From Adineta vaga (lineage: Eukaryota > Animalia > Rotifera), in contig CP075497.1 in NCBI GenBank assembly GCA_021613535.1, positions 4,650,001-4,714,000 of the forward strand: a stretch of DNA of 64,000 nucleotides, in the 5' to 3' direction. Each line of letters opens with the position of its first letter. The stretch's first letter is position 1. The notes beneath the pieces were generated by a model. The model ran no database searches. It worked only from the letters and a program-made list of their open reading frames with translations, and had not been told where the DNA came from. This document shows, one piece after another, positions 12,243-24,694 of the stretch. The position numbers and the translations under genes were made by a program.

Positions 12243-14456
12243 ATGGAATCAAATCAAGTACAAATGTATCAAATTTCAAACGGTGATCCCTCAAACAATA
12301 AAGGTATGTTAATGACTATACTTGATTTGAGTCATATCGAATATTCGTGTGTGTGTGTGTTTTTTTCAAATAGAAAATGTGATACTTCGAGCACTCACTA
12401 CAGATCCAAATCGACATAAACCATTAGCACATCATTCACCATCATCAACAACAAATACACCAGCACCATCACGAGTCACAACAAATTCGACTTATGAACC
12501 TACACCAACATCCATGTATACTCTTGAAAGTCGATATCGACCAATACCTGAGAAAGTCTTACCAAAACAAACAGGATCGCGACTTTATTATCTGAATTCT
12601 GACAATGCAGAACAACAACGGGCATCAACTCCTCCAGTGACAAAAGAAGGTATGTCTTTTTATCTCTAGTATTATGGAAAGAAAAATGATTTATTTGATA
12701 TTGCTTAGAACGAGATACTCCAGTGCCTAGAGAACCCGAAGTTCTGAGAAGTGTACAAGAACCACCGCCAACAGCAACTGTTTTCCTTGAGCCTCAGATT
12801 GTTTCCCAACCTATTCTTTACTGTCTTGTTGGAAATAAAAATGTGCCTGTTTATGATGTACAACCAGCTTCAACTCCAGTGCCACTTCATGAAGAAACTT
12901 CTTTACCTATACTTTATTCCATAACTGGTCGAGTACAAGTGCCAACTCTTGAAACAAGTGAAAATCCTGCAGTGGTTTCATCAGAACCTGCAGATAAACA
13001 AGTAATTCTTTATTCAGTAATCGGAGATCCAAAATCTAAAATCATACTCGAAGAACCAAACAAATTAGTACCAGTCAGTCAGGAACCACTAAGAAATGCT
13101 CCATCAGTATCGCAATCTACCGTACCAAGTTTTTATCTACTTATTGGTGATCCACATATTTCATCGAAAATTCCTGAACCATTAAAAGAAGTTCCATCTC
13201 TTTCACAACCAACACTACCAATCCTATATTCAATTGTGGGTCGTCCAAAAATAAAACCACCTGTGAAAGAATTATCTATAGTTAATCAACCTCCACCAAC
13301 ACAAATCATGAAAGTTGATTGGATTGAACCAACACCAATTCTATATACTATTGTAGGTGGAAAGCATATTCCAACTAATATTCCAGTTGATACGTATGAA
13401 CCACCATCACCAACCAAAAAACAGGTAAACCATACTATGCTATATACAGTAGTTGGTGATCCTAAAACACCTCAAACAATGTCACTACCACAAAAGATTC
13501 AACCTGTAAAAGTGCATAAACAACAACCAACTCAACAACCTCCTTCAATACCTACATTCTATCCATTAGTTGGCAAACCACATTCACCAACACGAGAAGA
13601 GATGAAGACACAACCAAAGTATTACAGATTTTCTTTTATTAAACAGAAACACTGCAATAAATCTTTTCTTTTTCTATTAAATTAGACCGCTTATGCGCTC
13701 TAGAATACCATTACCGCAAATAGGTACTACGCGACGCCGTAGTATAGAACCTGAATCAGCACCAGAAGCTGAACCAACAGATTTTAGTCCTACAAGACAA
13801 AAGAAACCAAAACGTCAAGAACGATTAAAAGGTTGGTTTTTATACTTTAAATCAATTACTTAAATAGTCATCATTTTTCAAACATTTTAGAACCAACAAT
13901 TCCTAAATCTCAAACTATGTTTATTCCATTTGCTGATCAAGAACGTCCACGCCGTCAGAAACAACCTCGAGCAACACCTCGGTATATGGATTTAGGCGAA
14001 ATTGATCGGCAAACATTAGCTATTCCACAATATGATCCACTTCAGTTACCAGATTATATTTCTCCATATGCTTATTATCCATCAAAACCATATCATGAGC
14101 GAACATGTCATCCAACGTCATTACCTATCGTAAAACCTCGACGTTCTGAACGTAAAGAAAGAGCGCCATTGAATGAATCCAGCCCTCGCTCGAATCGAAA
14201 ACATCTCTCTGAACCATGGGTTGATCATTCACTTGTAAATATTTTCGTAGTCTTTTTTTTCACAAACCTTTTTCAAACATTTGTTTATCTGTAGGAAAGA
14301 CATTCAACTGAAAAAACGCGTCGTCCTCGTGTTTGGGATTATGAAAATCATAGTCATACAGATGTTGATGACGATACCAATGAACCAAATACGTTTTCAA
14401 GAAAAAGAACGTATCGAGGCTATCGAATACGAACACCTTGGGCACCTGTTTGGTAA
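12243..14456 (+). CDS. Pro-rich protein with eight internal Y-x-x-hydrophobic-G repeats, ~6 exons
   Basis: ORFs 12349, 12723 and 13917 are linked by GT-AG introns. ATG at 12243; last exon reads ERHSTEK...TPWAPVW*. Confidence 0.7.
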
Positions 14457-14624
14457 TTATAAGAAAACTTTATTTTGCTTTTGTACTTTGTATAACTATT
14501 TCATTGAAAAGAAAAAAGAATGCCTTCATGATTAGTATCTATGCTTTTATTATAAAATAAATTCTTATTTGGTTAATATTTATGAAGTTTGTCTTATAAA
14601 AAATGTCATAAGAATACGTTGAAT

Positions 14625-14922
14625 TCATTTTTTTTGTAAAAGTTGCTTGAATTCTATGAAGAAGAAAAAATACAAGAAAGATGGATGATGAATGAAAAGA
14701 ATATTTTTTGTTACCGTCAAAAGTAATTTTTTCATCATGATCATTATCGAGTTTTTTCAATAAACCTTGAATTTCTAATTCAGCTAGTTGTGGTGATATG
14801 CCAAGCATATCTTGCATTGGGAGATAATATGTTCTTAATTCATCTACTGTTATTGTACCATCTTTACTTTTATCTAATTTTTCAAATTCTTTTCGTAATT
14901 GTTCTTCACTTAAAGCAGCCAT
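14625..14922 (-). CDS. Small two-EF-hand calcium-binding protein, 2 exons
   Basis: EF loops DKSKDGTITVDE and DNDHDEKITFD|E. An intron at ~14654-14714 gives the ending EFKQLLQKK*. Confidence 0.85.
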
Positions 14923-15643
14923 AATAGTTGATATTTACGTTGAATAAAATAAATACATCAAAGAAAATATGATATATATTTATATACATATGTAATACAT
15001 TATTTTTCGTTTCATTCATCCGTGACTAGTTAGTTACTTAGGTTTTCAAAGAGATAATTTCAAACGCCTTATCGTTTTATTTTGATTTTCTTTTCTGTAT
15101 AATGATTCAGAAAGAGTAACGATCGATGTCTATCACTATCATAAATATTGATAATTGTTTGCTTGAAGGTGAATCAGTAGATACAAGGTATCATTTTCGA
15201 AGTAAAGATAAATACGAGAATTGAAAAATGTAATTTTGTCGTTCTCAATTAGAGTATTGCGTACATAATAATACAATAGTTCAGATGAATATAAATTTGT
15301 GATAAAGTACTCTATAACTGTCAAAAAATAGACAAATTTAATTATAAATAATAAACAATATGTATTCGTTGTAAAGTCCTTAAATAGCTTTCATTATTTC
15401 TTCAATAAAACATAGCAATTCATACATCCGTTTTTTCTCTAATAACACTATTTACCACCAACGTTTGAAATGTAATAAAAAATTTCATCATACTTAAATA
15501 AGAACGAAAATTTTTCTATTTCTATCATTAAATATATCACATAAAAGACATAATCTTCAATCATCATCGAGTAGCAAGTCGATTATTGAATACATTTCGA
15601 TCATAGTGAGATTGAACATTTTTATTTGATGAAAAAAAATATA

Positions 15644-16306
15644 TTACAAAACAGTTGTTTGTTCTTGTAAGTGACAATGATCTTTTAAATATTGTGTAAT
15701 ACGTTCATGGTCAATTCCTTGACGTTGTACATGAAAGTAATCTTTTTGTGTTAAATTAACGATAGTCGATCCTCGTCGATCATTCGATGCTAATACACCA
15801 GCATCAACAATTAAATCAAGTTGTGACCATAATGGTTGAAATTCTTCAATAGAAATTGAACTTGGATCATTCGAATAATTAGCACTAGTTAAAGCAATCG
15901 GTTGTTTTAAACGTTGAGCTAATTCAATCATAAATTGACAATTGGGTATACGAATTGCTACATTAGACACGTTTGGATTGAAATAGGATGGTAATGATGC
16001 TTGTCGTTCAAACATCAGAGTAACTGGACCAGGTAAAAGATCTCCACTAGATAATTGTTCTGTTGTTAGAGTTGGCTTTGACCATGTAAATACATCAGCA
16101 ACATAACCTACAGCCATTGCTAATGGTTTAGTAAATGATCGACCTTTTATTTCATATATACGACGAACTGCTTCTTCACTACTAACCAATGCAGCAAATC
16201 CATAGATTGTATCAGTTGGTACAGCAATGACACCATTATTTTGTAGAATAGTTATACATCGATCGATGAGATCAGTTTCATTCACAGAGACTACATTGAC
16301 TGCCAT
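15644..16306 (-). CDS. YRDC: Threonylcarbamoyl-AMP synthase YRDC/Sua5 (t6A synthesis), intronless CDS
   Basis: Motifs VAVPTDTIYG, KGR..KPL, LLPGPVT, IRIP, ALTSAN and GSTIV. Confidence 0.93.
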   Translation of the reverse strand: MAVNVVSVNETDLIDRCITILQNNGVIAVPTDTIYGFAALVSSEEAVRRIYEIKGRSFTKPLAMAVGYVADVFTWSKPTLTTEQLSSGDLLPGPVTLMFERQASLPSYFNPNVSNVAIRIPNCQFMIELAQRLKQPIALTSANYSNDPSSISIEEFQPLWSQLDLIVDAGVLASNDRRGSTIVNLTQKDYFHVQRQGIDHERITQYLKDHCHLQEQTTVL

Positions 16307-18970
16307 GATTAAGTCTTAAAACGGAAATTTCAGTAATAATTAGAGATTTACATAGAATATATATATATTCAAATTCATCAGGTTATAATAGTGATAATGA
16401 CATTTTCTGATGCAATATTGAAATTCTATTTCGCAACTAACTCATAAATGAATGTAAGATAATGTTCGAATCCCGGTTGCAAACATACTTGTTTTTTTTT
16501 TATACAGTTGTACATAAAATTTTATTTCTTTTCTTTCACTGTTTTTTTTTATTTATCCAATACTTCAATCTAAACTGTAATTTTGTCTAGGGGTCGCTTT
16601 CGTATTATGTGATGACACACACCCTACCCGGCAACAAAATCAATGTGTTACATCATGCTTCAATTCTTTTCTTTCTAAGATTAATAGATAGAATTAAGTT
16701 TGAAGTAGCTTATAGATGAATACAAAACTAATTTCTTCACTTTTATTTTCCAGTTCTCTTTTGTGTGATTATTGTATCGAGAGCGTCTGTTTTATATAAA
16801 CAGTCACAATTGAGAAACTTTCAAGTAATCGTAGTCTCTCAAGTACGATAAATATTTCGATAGATCTATTTATTTGATCTGTTACATCATGCAGTAATTA
16901 TTCAACATTTTCTCTTCCACATCCTTCAATCTAGATTGTATCTGCAATACACGAGATCATTCCGATGAAACATTTTTAAAAACTATCATGATGTCCTTCA
17001 TATCACGGTTGAAAAGCAGTTAACAGCTTATACTCAATTTCATATTCTACAATTCCAAATGTTGTTTTTGCCGTATTTCAATCAAATAGACATATTTATT
17101 ATCAGTTATATGTCATAGATGAAAGTATAATAATATTCACATCATGACAGCAACTTCAAAAACCTGCTGCGTTTGCTTTTCTATATCGAATGGAGATTCT
17201 AAGATAAGTAAATGCAAAGCTCTAAGCTGCTTGGTAAAATCCATTGCTATTGTTACATGTTATATTCTATAAATTAGAAAATGCTGCATAAATTGATATC
17301 TTGTGCTCTTTCTTTTGTTTTCTTTTGATGTTTATAATGTCTATGAATAGCAGAAAAAAAGGTCAATGTCTATCTGCTCATCAGTAAGCCTACTGAAGTT
17401 ATCACATACGGAGAATACAAATGACGATCACATTGTTGATAGATGTAGACGATGCATAAACTGATACTTCTCTTGTTCATTGATTCTTATACAATCATCA
17501 GTCAACTTGCTAATTAGAAGTGAAATGAATTTCATGTATCTTGTCGAATAAATGATAGAAAAAGGTGTCAGATTGATGAAATAAGATTAGGCAAAGAAGA
17601 TGCTAAGAATGAAGAAGAAGAGAAAGAGATTCTTTTTCTTTTTTCTTTCTTATTTTAATAGAGAAAAATAATAATAATAATAATACTAATGACATTTCTA
17701 CTTCTTTTTTTTCAACTAAAGAATAGTTCCTACAATTACAGAAAAAAAGGTAGTCAAATGACGATTAGAACAGCATATACTAAAAATAGCATCGCGTTAA
17801 ATTGATGAATGAATCAACAGACTTTTTTTTTCTTCTACTTTTTTTCTCATATATTCAATATAAATGTCATTCTTCTTTTCTTTTTCCCTACACTGATTGA
17901 TGATGGTCAAGTCAGAATAGCTCACGCACATGCTATAAATTGTTTCCGATGTCATTGTTCAGACCTTGATCGATCTTTCTCGTCAATATTTGAGAACGAT
18001 TAGAATGTAAACTTCCTCACTTAAATTTTTCTTTTCCTTGTTATAATATTGACATAAACATTGATGTTTCTCAAACAAATTGTTCATTCTACCGTATAAT
18101 CTAAATAGATTTTTGTATTTCCTTCGCTTTTTTTTCCATCTTTCTAACAATTAACTAATGTTCGTCGAGTGGATCTCTCTGTTTATCGTTATGCATAAAT
18201 GCAAAAAGATTTATGATTAAAGCACAAGATCTGTCTCGTTTCTTTCTTTTCTCTCGTATTTTCTCTCTCTCTCTCTATCTCGTTCCTTTCCACATCAACA
18301 ATTTCTGGTAAAAAAAACTTCTCGTTACTACTACTACTACTACGATAAATGTCAGAACACTGTTGTTGCTTGCTCGATGAAGGAAGCAAAGAAAAGCGAA
18401 TACAAATGTATAAACACATTTTGTGTGCATGCATTCTCGACAGCAAAGTCAGCCCGCTGTTCGCCTGGATGACATGTTTAATTCTTCTTACTACGACTGA
18501 TGTTACGATCGTCATTCATAGCTTCTGCCGCTCATGATGTCATTTGGTCATTAGCTAACAACGATAGATTCTTCTTTCTTCTTTTCCTATCCATCGTTTT
18601 CTATAGCTAGCTGTCGTATTACTACTTAAGGAATACTCGTTGTCGATGATGATGATGATGAGGTTATCGTTCGTTGTCGTTCTCAATCCATTTTCAGCTC
18701 AGATATATATATATAGATATACGGATCTTATACTATTCATTAGAACAACGGATGCTGTGTTGGTTGCACTCAGGAAATGCTTTTGAACAACATCGAGAAT
18801 AACCAGTGAAGAGAGATAGAAGAAAAAGAAAATTTTAGACTTTGAAAATTCTATACCGCCATTTTCATTGTAGTTCTATCTGTAATAGTATTATCGGTGA
18901 GTAGATGACTGCCCTTGTATGCATTTAAAAGATTAAATCTCTTTTCTTCTCTTTTCTTCGCTATGTCTCG

Positions 18971-18997
18971 ACTTACTTACTTACTTACTTACTTACT
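18971..18997. repeat. (ACTT)n microsatellite
   Basis: Six perfect ACTT units plus a partial seventh. Confidence 0.9.
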
Positions 18998-20193
18998 CTA
19001 TTTCTAGGTATGTGTACTTCTATAGTAGATACATAGTAATTGCCAGAACACCACAATTTACACATGCACATTGTAATCGGACACTCGTGAACATACAGGC
19101 ACGATCATATATTGGAAAGAGTAGATCCTTTTCAGTATCTCTCTCTCTCTCGCTCTCTCTCTTTCTCTTTTTTTTCTCTGATTTTAATCATACAATCATA
19201 TTGATTGGAAATTTCTTGTTGGACATATTTTATTCAATGATTATAGAAATTGAGGAAAAGAAACTAGAATGACAATACTTAATAGAAATATTGAATTAGA
19301 AGAATAGCAAGAAAATCAACGATGTCTATCTAGAGGGAGTAATTTTTTGCATACATATATACTAATAAACATCACAACGTTTGATGACAGTCATTGTCAC
19401 CAAGTGTTTACTGTCAAATAACTAGGCATCTTCGTTTGCTCAATTTATGTCAGTGTAAAGGCGGCGAAGCCATTAAGCAGATGAGGAGAAAACGAGCATG
19501 AGAAAGAGAGAAAATAGTTCCTGTCTCCATTTTTTATGACTTCTTTTTCTTTTTGTTCATTGTTTTAAAAGCAATAAAAACCGAGCAGTAACACTCTTCT
19601 TCACATGCCACTTATTGTATATAGTTCAGTCACTTGTTAAGATATTCTAAGGATTGCATTATGAAATCCAATACTCAGTTCAATATTCCTCTCGATATAT
19701 AGAAAAGAATGGGAGTAAGTGTTCATCCGTATGTTATATGTATATTCATATCAACAATAACAACAGTTGCTCCTTCTCAATTTTTCTGTCTCACCTCTTT
19801 CTCTTACTCGTCGTATCTTAGGGTAACATTGTCGTACGCCCTATCGACCGTTCAATATCCTCACTTTCTTTTTTTTTTCTTTCGCTTCTTCGTATTCTTT
19901 TCTTTTGCTGTGAGGGCATTGTTGGCTTGATAGAAAAAGTAATGACTGTACACACACACACACATACATATATATAAATATACACGGTATGAGAAGAAAG
20001 AACAGCCGATGAAAAAAAGAATTCTTTTGAACATAGACGAGCACCACTACACAATTCATTGTCTATACATATATGCATTGATATAGACCTAAACACGAAG
20101 AATAAGAGCTATGAAAACAATTAATTTCTTTTCGACCAATTGATTTCTAAATCAGACAAGTCTTATCGTCAATAGTTATTGTTTTTTGTTTAC

Positions 20194-21543
20194 ATGATGA
20201 ATCGAAGGTAAGTTCAATAAATTAAACTTGATCTTAAATATAGACAAGAATCTACTTTCATATTTGAATATGATTTCTATCAATCATATGCATATTGTTA
20301 AGATAGAATATGTTTGACAAGTCGTTTCATCTTCTTGCGTTTTCTTTTCTTTACTCTTTTAACCTGATAAGATAGATCACATTCATTAACATTCTGATTT
20401 TTGATTTTAGCACGACTACTGATGATAATATGAGCACATATTTTGTATGTAAAAATGGACAACAAGTCTTGTGGACATCAGTTTGTGATGGCCATAATCA
20501 ATGTTTAGATGGTTCAGATGAACATAATTGTAAGTTTTGTCTTTTGGTTCAATGAATCAATCTATTCGAAAGGAAATGATATTATGAGAACTTTTTTAGT
20601 CTTCGATTATATAATATTAACTGTATTTGTCTATGTCAGCATAATGCATTAGGACAAGGTTTTCTTTACATGCCGTGTATTTCTTTTCTTTTATAGAAGA
20701 AATTGAAAATCTTATATAATTTAATCTTTTTTGTTTCAGGTTATTGTCAAGGTGACGTTTACGCTTGTTTACAAGGCAATAATGTCAGCTGTCGAATAGC
20801 ATGTCCTACTTATGGCCGAGTCACTTGTTTAACATATCGAAATACACTTGCTTGTGAACAGTATCTTCGAGAACGTAGTAAGTTCACTTATAGATATCTT
20901 TTAAAAGAAAGCATTTGTTTACATTATTGTGATATCTAGGTAGTACTTCTAATTCTGATATTCATTCCGCCGGTGATTTATCTCTATCATCAAATAATTT
21001 TGATGCACTTCGTTATTCAGGTAAACTCAATAAGAATACATTTTTTTTGAAAATAAAAACTGATTATTTTCAATTTTATTAGCATTACTTGCCGGCGGTA
21101 TTCTACTATTTGTTTCTCTGATATCATTACTTATATACGTTATTCGTAAACATCCACAGGTATTATTCTTTTGCAGTAATAAATCGTCAAATACAAATTC
21201 CAATCGAAAGTCAACACATCGACTAACATTAGAATCAGCTGTTCTTCAACAACATCAATTAACTCCATCAACAAATCTTTCTCGCCCACGTTACACTCCA
21301 GCACCTGATATAAATGATTTACCTCCATCATATTATGCAACTCGAAATCCTGTATCAATAAATGATTGCTATGAACCACCACCATATCCTGGTCCACCTT
21401 TAATTTCTTCAATACAACGTACTGATTCAGTTTATTATGAAACGATAAAAACACCATCAACATCAAATTCAATGTCTATGCTACATCCAATGCCTTTGCC
21501 CGAGCCACGTGCCTTTGCTAATGCTCGAACACATCGTGTATAA
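20194..21543 (+). CDS. Single-pass membrane protein with an LDL-receptor class A module and cytoplasmic PPxY motifs (LDLRAD-like); start uncertain
   Basis: Exon 20411-20529 reads FVCKNGQQVLWTSVCDGHNQCLDGSDEHN|C. A Cys-rich exon starts at 20740. TM segment ALLAGGILLFVSLISLLIYVI. Tail has LPPSY and PPPY; TAA at 21541-21543. Confidence 0.75.
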
Positions 21544-21639
21544 CAAAAAATTAGTTGAAAAAAAATGAAAATTTTATATTCGTTTTTCCTGTCTATTATT
21601 TAAATATATAAGAAGAAAAAAATTATTGAATTTTTTTCT

Positions 21640-24600
21640 TTACTTTATCGACCACCTCCAAAAAGACGGGATAAAACACTGGGTCCAGCACCACCTGGTG
21701 GCGGCGGTTGCGATGGAGGATAGTTCGATGGAGGTGGTGGAGAATAACTCGGTGGAGGATAGCTCGATGGTGGTGGATAATTTGAGGGTGGTGGATAGTT
21801 CGAGGATGGTGGATAGTTCGAGGATGGTGGATAGTTCGAGGATGGTGGATTATTTGAAGGTGGTGGGTAATTCGAGGGTGGTGGATAATTCGAGGATGGT
21901 GGATAGTTCGAGGATGGTGGATTATTTGAAGGTGGTGGGTAATTCGAGGGTGGTGGATAATTCGAGGGTGGAGGCGGTGAATATGGATGAGGAATATGAT
22001 TCCAAGCAGATCGAACTGGATCTGATATTTAGAAAAAGAAAAAGAGCATTATTTTTATCACTAACAATAGTAATTTATAATTACCGCTGGATTGTGGATG
22101 AAGATAATGTTCAATACGATCCCAAGCATGTCCTACTGCGGGAGAAGGTGGACGATTATGATCAGTGGCATGTGCTGCGGCATTCCATGCATGTGTTACC
22201 GAAGAAGCAGGACCTTTATACATAAAAATATTCTCAATCATGGATTAGTGAAGTGAATCGAAAATTTACTTGTTGTATGCGGAGGATTAGCATGAGAAGC
22301 AGCATTCCATACATGTGGTACTGCAGAAGCGGGACCTTTACTCGCAAATAGTTTCAAGATCTCAGATAGATAAAGCAAATCGAAAATTTACTTGTTGTAT
22401 GTGGAGGAAAGGCATGAGAAGCAGCATTCCATACATGTGATACAGCGGACGTAGGACCTTTGTTTACAAAAACTTTCTTAATTACAGACAAGTAAATTAA
22501 CTCGAAAATTTACTTGTTGTATGCGGAGGATTAGCATGAGAAGCAGCGTTCCATACATGTGAAACAGAACTATGCGGATCTGAATAGAAGAAATGTATAA
22601 TATCGAGCAAAACAAATTGCTAATAATTACATCTAATCAATATGTTAACACTATATTTGCCAATCTACAATGGTTTGTTTAAACTAAACTATATACATAT
22701 ATACACGATTTTCAATGACGACAACATAATGACAGATATCATATGTATCAATCAGCATTATTAGTAATAACATTTAGTAAACTATATAAATATATAGACA
22801 TGCAAGAATATGCTAGGTTTTTAATGTATCATACTACTATGCAATACGTATAGCAACAATCATAATGTATAAATAAGATGAAGAAATACCTGTAGTTGGA
22901 TAACTAGCTGATCGTTGTATTGTATGAGGATCAATACCAAGTTGACGGAGAATATTATCAATTGGTACAGTTTCTAGAATAGTAAGAAATTATACAAATA
23001 TTCTTGAAATAGATCTTATACCAGGAATAGTATAAGATATTGCTTGTCCGGATGCTTGACCGGCAAGCGGCATTGATGATACACTTGAACCGTATGCTCC
23101 TAAACCTGCAGGTTGATTCGGTGTACAAACACATGTTAATGGTGTTCCATAGACAGATGGTGAAATTGTATTTGGCTGTCCATTCTGCATAATCACAATA
23201 TTTGGTTGTGTTGATGTAGGTGGATTATAGGAAACAAGAGACGAAGGAGCGAACTATTAGAAGACAAAATAGAAATGATCAAAGTTCATATGATTTGAAA
23301 TCTGAATTTTTACTGAGGATTGAATTTGTTGACTAGCTCCAATATTGCCTAGGATTTGGTTGACATCTGTACGACCGGCTATTTGTTGAAAAGGAAGTTG
23401 AGCACCAGGTGCTGTAATAAGTTCACGTTGAACACGGACTTGTGCTGGACCATATTGAACAATAACAGGCCGAGTAGGTATTTGACTGTTAGGAGGTAGA
23501 CGTTCGTAAAGAATACGTCGTTGTCGTGGTGCTGTTGGAAGCCATCGTTCGATAATTACATCTTGAGGTTTAGGTGGTAATGGTGGATATTGTTCAATTA
23601 CCACTTGACGTGGTGGTTTTGGACCAGGTGGTATAATTTTATCAATCACAGTAGTACCTATTACAAGAGAAATGAAATGTTTTGCTATGAAAATTTTATA
23701 CAAATCGAACAATCGTTAACCTTCCGGAGCTGGTAGTGGTGGTGGACGCTAAAATAATTGAACTAGAAAGATTTTATGAAAAAGAAATTATCAATAAACC
23801 TCTCGAATAATAACAGGCGGTGGTGTGGGTGGTGCAGGTGGTGCACGTTTGATGACCTATACAAGAAAGATATAGTGATACAGTATTTAAAGATTTTAGT
23901 TTGTTTTTACAATAGGTGGATCAGGTGGTGGTCCAGGTGGTTGTTTTTCTCGGACAATAATTGTTCCACCCACAGGTGGTGTCGGTGGTTGTAAATATCT
24001 CACAAAAACCTATGATTACTATGAAATTATTATTCAACTAACGATTGTAACATACTCGTTGTTTATAAACAACATCTTCTTGAGGTGGACGTTGTACGAC
24101 TCGTGTATTTGGATCACGTTTCATATTCTGTGCATGAATAAAAATTAGAAATTATTTTTCTTGAACATCGAATTATAGAAACGAGTTTACTTCAATATCA
24201 ACATCAAGTTGTTGTTGATTTACGTTAGGTGAAAGTAAATGTGTAGGAGATGTTGAAGAGAAATGTAATGGGCTTGATTGCGGATTATATGATGCATTAT
24301 TAAAATGATTCGTTGGTGATATTATTGGTGGTGATGATGGATTGTTGCCACTGTTGAAAATCGACGTTAAATGATGATTTGTTTGAGGAAATGATACTGA
24401 TGAATGGGGATTATTAAAAGGAGTACCAGCAGGATTAAATCCACCACTACCACCAGGAAAAATAGGTGGTGGAGAAGTTGTAGATGTTGTTGGTGGTGGA
24501 TAACTTGTAGATGTTGTTGGTGGTGGATAACTTGTTGAAGAAGGTGCATGTGTCGATGAAAGATTTAGTGGAGGCGATGGTAGAGAGGATGGAGGACTGG

Positions 24601-24694
24601 CATTATTATTTCGATCGCTGAGTAGATGTCCATGACCAGATTGATGCATCCAACTGATCATCGACTGGTCATTTGATACGTCTTGCAATGGCAT
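21640..24694 (-). CDS. Large Pro/Val/Ile-rich repeat protein (putative structural/cytoskeletal protein), >10 exons
   Basis: Spliced MPLQDVSND...DPNTRVVQRPPQEDVVYKQR|VFVRYLQPPTPP...QVVIEQYPPLPPKPQDVIIERWLP..., four WNAAxHA exons, a PPSSNY repeat tail, ending SVYPVFWRWSIK*. Confidence 0.8.
21712..21975. repeat. Coding 18-bp minisatellite (GGTGGATAGTTCGAGGAT-like) encoding PP(S/P)SNY on the minus strand
   Basis: More than a dozen imperfect 18-bp units are directly visible. Confidence 0.9.
22148..22579 (-). repeat. Tandem 122-bp exon+intron duplication (4 copies)
   Basis: Exon starts at 22579, 22457, 22335 and 22213, spaced exactly 122 nt apart. Three are 66-nt exons with near-identical donors. 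Confidence 0.9.

Noticed and set aside
17809-20096. Several 60-110 aa ORFs rich in Phe, Cys or Ser
   Set aside because: They are translations of microsatellites and T/A tracts, with no motifs or coherent splice structure.
20599-20658. Possible extra exon in the LDLa gene
   Set aside because: It introduces stops in the required frame. Direct splicing from 20529 to 20740 restores the terminal Cys codon.
21626-22225. 199-aa plus-strand ORF with VDSSRM repeats
   Set aside because: It is the antisense shadow of the minus-strand PPSSNY minisatellite exon, and the splice signals support the minus strand.
21712-22579. Regularly spaced repeats resembling a CRISPR array
   Set aside because: The context is eukaryotic, there are no cas genes, and the units are coding exons or minisatellites whose intervening parts are related, not unique spacers.
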